Assembly (NCBI GenBank): GCA_964507055.1
Contig: CAZDOJ010000001.1
Location: 977,313 to 1,041,312 of the forward strand
DNA: 64,000 nt
Source: an uncultured Gammaproteobacteria bacterium
Lineage (GTDB): Bacteria; Patescibacteriota; Microgenomatia; Levybacterales; UBA12049
Direction of reading: 5' to 3'
Below are positions 61,058 to 64,000 of the stretch, piece after piece. The position numbers were made by a program, and so were the translations under genes. Each line of letters starts with the position of its first letter. Positions within the stretch are counted from its first letter, which is position 1. The notes below the pieces were generated by a model. It saw only the letters and a list, made by a program, of their open reading frames with translations. It did no database searches and was not told the origin of the DNA.

Positions 61058-64000
61058 ATGGCAGAAGAATTTCATGGACCACGCCCTGAGTCGGAAGACC
61101 GACAACAGACAAGACCTATTAATCCAACAACTTCTGAGGAGGTCAAGGGAAACCGTGTTATAGAATGGGTCAAGAACTTGTTTACGAGAAGAGATAAAAC
61201 GACACATAGAGAGGTAGAAAAGCCAGAAACTCCACGATTCAGGCCTCCGGAGAGACCCGAACAGGACAAACAACAACCCGAAAATTTTGATAAGACACAT
61301 GCACGGGAAAAATTATTCTTGGCAGAACAAGGAACAGATGGCTTACAAGTATTACCAGGTAACCACTGGGCTATGCATTATCCCAATGGTGCAGAAGAAA
61401 AAAAGGCTGCTGTTGAAAGATTATTTGATGGATCTTCTCGACCATCAGCAGAAATTGCCAATGTCACGCCTGATGCATTAATTTATGATCAAAAAGATAT
61501 CCAAAGACATGGATTGGATCCTGTGAGGCAGCGAATTGATAAAACTGTTACTACTTTTGAAAATTTTGATTTCCCCCGCTTTACGGCATTTGTTTCTGAG
61601 ATGAGCGGCACCACTATGACTCCTGAAATGGCCGAAAAGTATTACCACACAATTGCGGAAGATAAAGCAAAACAAGTAATGCTCAATACCTATGATCACG
61701 CGGACAAAGATGCTGTTATAGCTTCTCTCCGGCAGGAAATAACATCTGTGGCAACGAATGCAGCCTCCATTGAACCTATGCAAAAAATACTCTCTGCTGG
61801 AGGCATCAACGCACTAAATCCGCAGGGTATGGGCATGTTCCAAGAGCAACGACAAATTGAAGACTCATTGCAGAGTGACCAAAAAGCTATATATGAAGAG
61901 ATAAAGAGCGCATATAAAGATTACATTGAACATGGAGATGAACAAGCATACAGAACAATTGTCGAGACGATTAAATCATTCCATGCGGCCGAACAAGAGC
62001 AACAGACTCAAGAAGAAAAACCTACTCCCCCTTCAGAATCAGAGTTAAGTGAGCCGCCGGAAGCAAGTGACGAATATAATCCACCGAAAGAATCTGATCC
62101 AACAAATAAACGATATTATGAAGTAACTCCAGCGGGCAAAAATACTGAGCCTCCACAAGGATATTATGCAAGCCGTAAAGATTCTGATTTTGACTTTGAT
62201 ACAAAATCTTGGTCTACACCTACTCGAGTGGTGCCATGGACACAATCAATTTCAGGAGATGATAGACAAACAATTACCGGTATCTCTGGAACAACTACTT
62301 TTGGGATTCCGGTTCCTGAAGGATATGCACTGGATATGAATTCGTTTAAAGTATCTGGCAATCCAACGATCACCCGTGACCAACATGGTTGTTTTTATAT
62401 CCAAAATACCGAACGCGGACAATTTAAAATTGATTTTGTAAAGGAAGAACCGCCCTTCCAAAAAGATGCAAGCTTTGCTGATACACAAACAATTCATAGA
62501 GGGCTTCTTACGCATGACGCTGAATCATTTATTGCTGAATTAAAACAAGCCAATGTACCGGCTATAGAGCGTGCAGAAAAGATTCTAGAATTTATCCACC
62601 AAAGGCATGTTTATCCGGCAGATTTTGCAGAAGCTGCACAAATTCAGGATGAGCTGAGAAATAGATCAACCCCTGATAATTATATTCAAACTCTCGAGCT
62701 ATCAAGAAAGCTTGAATGCCTTTCTGCAAATACATTGTTTATTGCAATGCTCAGACATGCTGGAGTTTCCTCACGAGTCATCGGAGGACACAATGTTTCA
62801 GAACTCACCGACCAAAAAGTTGTGATGGATGAATCGACTTCTCATGCATGGTCTGAAGTTTGGGATGGAGACAAATGGATAACAATGGATGCAACACCAC
62901 CCAAAGAACAACAAGTTCAAGAACAAGGCAATGAAGGACAGGAGAAAGAAAGCCCCTCAGAGTTTGGAGAAGATGGTCTTCCAAAAGAAGCAGTAACTGA
63001 TGAAGAAAAAGCTGAAGCAGAAAAAAACCTTGAAGCGTCACATGAAGCAGCAGAACAGGCTCTCCAACAAAGAGATCATATGCAGGAACAGATGGAAAAT
63101 GCCGCTTCATTTCAGGATTTTGAAGATCTCAAAAATGATATAGCAAATGATCCAGCACTTTTTGAGGATATGAAAGAAGCACTGGAAAAGATCATTGAAG
63201 CAAAAGAAGAACAGAAAAAAGAAGAAGTAAAAGAAGAGCTCAACCAGATGATGGAAGATGGTTTTTTAAGCGAAGAAGATGAAAAACGAATACGAGAGCT
63301 CATAGACCAACGCTCAGGACAAGGTCTTGATGAATTAAAACGTCAAATCGAAACTGAAAGTAAAGCATTTCAGGAATTTGATAATTTGCGTGAAGAAGTC
63401 ACACCATTGGTTGATGAATGGTACGATTACTTTGTCGAGCGACTTCCAAAAGAAGACGTTATTGAACTAGATGAAGATAGTACAGGTAGAAAAGGAACAA
63501 TTAACAAGCAAGCATTAAAACGACCAGGGAGTCAAATGTTTGGACAAGTATTCAATCCTCGGACTTTCCGACCTGAAATTCGTCCCAAATTCCTTGCATC
63601 AATTGCTGTAGATGTAAGTCTATCAATGGCCACACCAACTCCAGGAGGAAGTACACGACTTGATGATGCAAAAAAACTGATGGTATTTTATAACGAACTC
63701 TTTTCAAGGATCAGCAAAGAGCACGGATACATCCGTTTCTCTCTCTATTCCTTCGCAAAAGATGTCAATGTTATTAAGCAATTTGATCAGGAATACAATT
63801 CATCTGAACGATATGATTTCCCTGATGGAAAGCAATCAACTATCAAAAAACGATTGATGGAAAGCTTGAAATTAGATCAGTATACAAATATGTTTGGGGC
63901 TGTCCAAACTGCAGCACATGACCTTAATGAGGAAATACAGAGTTATCCGGATTATGCATCATCACTCTACTTTGTGGGAGACGGAGGAGATTCATTCGTT
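61058..64000 (+). CDS. large protein with transglutaminase-like cysteine-protease core and C-terminal vWA (MIDAS) domain; 3'-truncated by the window edge
   Basis: ATG lies 3 nt after the upstream TAA (TAA-TAT-ATG), in the same frame, and is open to nt 64000. This ORF is absent from the supplied track. TGase-like core: ECLSANTLFIAMLRHAGVSSRVIGG...SHAWSEVWDGDKWITMDAT (Cys/His/Asp). vWA: IAVDVSLSM (DxSxS MIDAS) ... LYFVGDGGD. Confidence 0.7.
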   Translation, partial: MAEEFHGPRPESEDRQQTRPINPTTSEEVKGNRVIEWVKNLFTRRDKTTHREVEKPETPRFRPPERPEQDKQQPENFDKTHAREKLFLAEQGTDGLQVLPGNHWAMHYPNGAEEKKAAVERLFDGSSRPSAEIANVTPDALIYDQKDIQRHGLDPVRQRIDKTVTTFENFDFPRFTAFVSEMSGTTMTPEMAEKYYHTIAEDKAKQVMLNTYDHADKDAVIASLRQEITSVATNAASIEPMQKILSAGGINALNPQGMGMFQEQRQIEDSLQSDQKAIYEEIKSAYKDYIEHGDEQAYRTIVETIKSFHAAEQEQQTQEEKPTPPSESELSEPPEASDEYNPPKESDPTNKRYYEVTPAGKNTEPPQGYYASRKDSDFDFDTKSWSTPTRVVPWTQSISGDDRQTITGISGTTTFGIPVPEGYALDMNSFKVSGNPTITRDQHGCFYIQNTERGQFKIDFVKEEPPFQKDASFADTQTIHRGLLTHDAESFIAELKQANVPAIERAEKILEFIHQRHVYPADFAEAAQIQDELRNRSTPDNYIQTLELSRKLECLSANTLFIAMLRHAGVSSRVIGGHNVSELTDQKVVMDESTSHAWSEVWDGDKWITMDATPPKEQQVQEQGNEGQEKESPSEFGEDGLPKEAVTDEEKAEAEKNLEASHEAAEQALQQRDHMQEQMENAASFQDFEDLKNDIANDPALFEDMKEALEKIIEAKEEQKKEEVKEELNQMMEDGFLSEEDEKRIRELIDQRSGQGLDELKRQIETESKAFQEFDNLREEVTPLVDEWYDYFVERLPKEDVIELDEDSTGRKGTINKQALKRPGSQMFGQVFNPRTFRPEIRPKFLASIAVDVSLSMATPTPGGSTRLDDAKKLMVFYNELFSRISKEHGYIRFSLYSFAKDVNVIKQFDQEYNSSERYDFPDGKQSTIKKRLMESLKLDQYTNMFGAVQTAAHDLNEEIQSYPDYASSLYFVGDGGDSFV

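Noticed and set aside
61072-63303. Minus-strand ORFs 61072..61269, 61478..61783, 62022..62515, 62805..63303
   Set aside because: They are antisense to a continuous, motif-bearing plus-strand reading frame (61058..64000) that the track omitted because it lacks a stop in the window.
1-64000. Mobile elements, CRISPR arrays, rRNA
   Set aside because: No transposase/integrase-like ORF, inverted-repeat-flanked unit, regular repeat-spacer array or rRNA-like conserved stretch was seen.

Overview
The window is AT-rich, gene-dense bacterial DNA (about 35-40% GC by eye), with no transposase, integrase or CRISPR array. The gene content looks like a small-genome, CPR-like bacterium: class I LysRS, RNase Y, RecA/RecX, MurB, GreA, HU, TsaD, VanW, DUF192, cohesin-like and Gmad2-like secreted proteins, and many hypotheticals.

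Main blocks, left to right:
- 1-5.2 kb: polyprenyl-phosphate-linked envelope glycosylation cluster (GT-C mannosyltransferase-like, WecA/MraY-like, UbiA/DPPR-synthase-like).
- 6.2-7.7 kb: class I lysyl-tRNA synthetase.
- 10.0-13.0 kb: two-subunit ATP-citrate lyase (aclA/aclB).
- 13.0-15.2 kb: threonine dehydrogenase plus 2-amino-3-ketobutyrate CoA ligase (tdh-kbl).
- 26.7-29.6 kb: UvrD-family helicase fused to a Cas4-like Fe-S nuclease.
- ~30.46-30.83 kb: unannotated RNase P RNA.
- 31.4-36.7 kb: rny, recX, two tandem paralogous GHSxG hydrolase-like genes, recA.
- ~36.82 kb: tRNA-Pro-like element.
- 42.2-44.7 kb: CCGG-type (HpaII-like) C5-methyltransferase, putative restriction endonuclease, and a DEDDy 3'-5' exonuclease.
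- 46.3-48.9 kb: cluster of a stand-alone LigD 3'-phosphoesterase domain, a DUF559 endonuclease-like protein and a second Cas4-like nuclease.
- 52.3-53.6 kb: metK preceded (minus strand) by a SAM-I riboswitch with a translational expression platform.

The most unusual locus is at 55.2-64.0 kb. A 1308-aa protein with a C-terminal AAA_5/MoxR-like ATPase is translationally coupled (TAA-TAT-ATG) to a protein of more than 980 aa that carries a transglutaminase-like cysteine-protease core and a vWA/MIDAS domain and runs off the window. A large type-I membrane protein is encoded divergently upstream. The supplied ORF track does not list the downstream ORF because it is truncated by the window edge.
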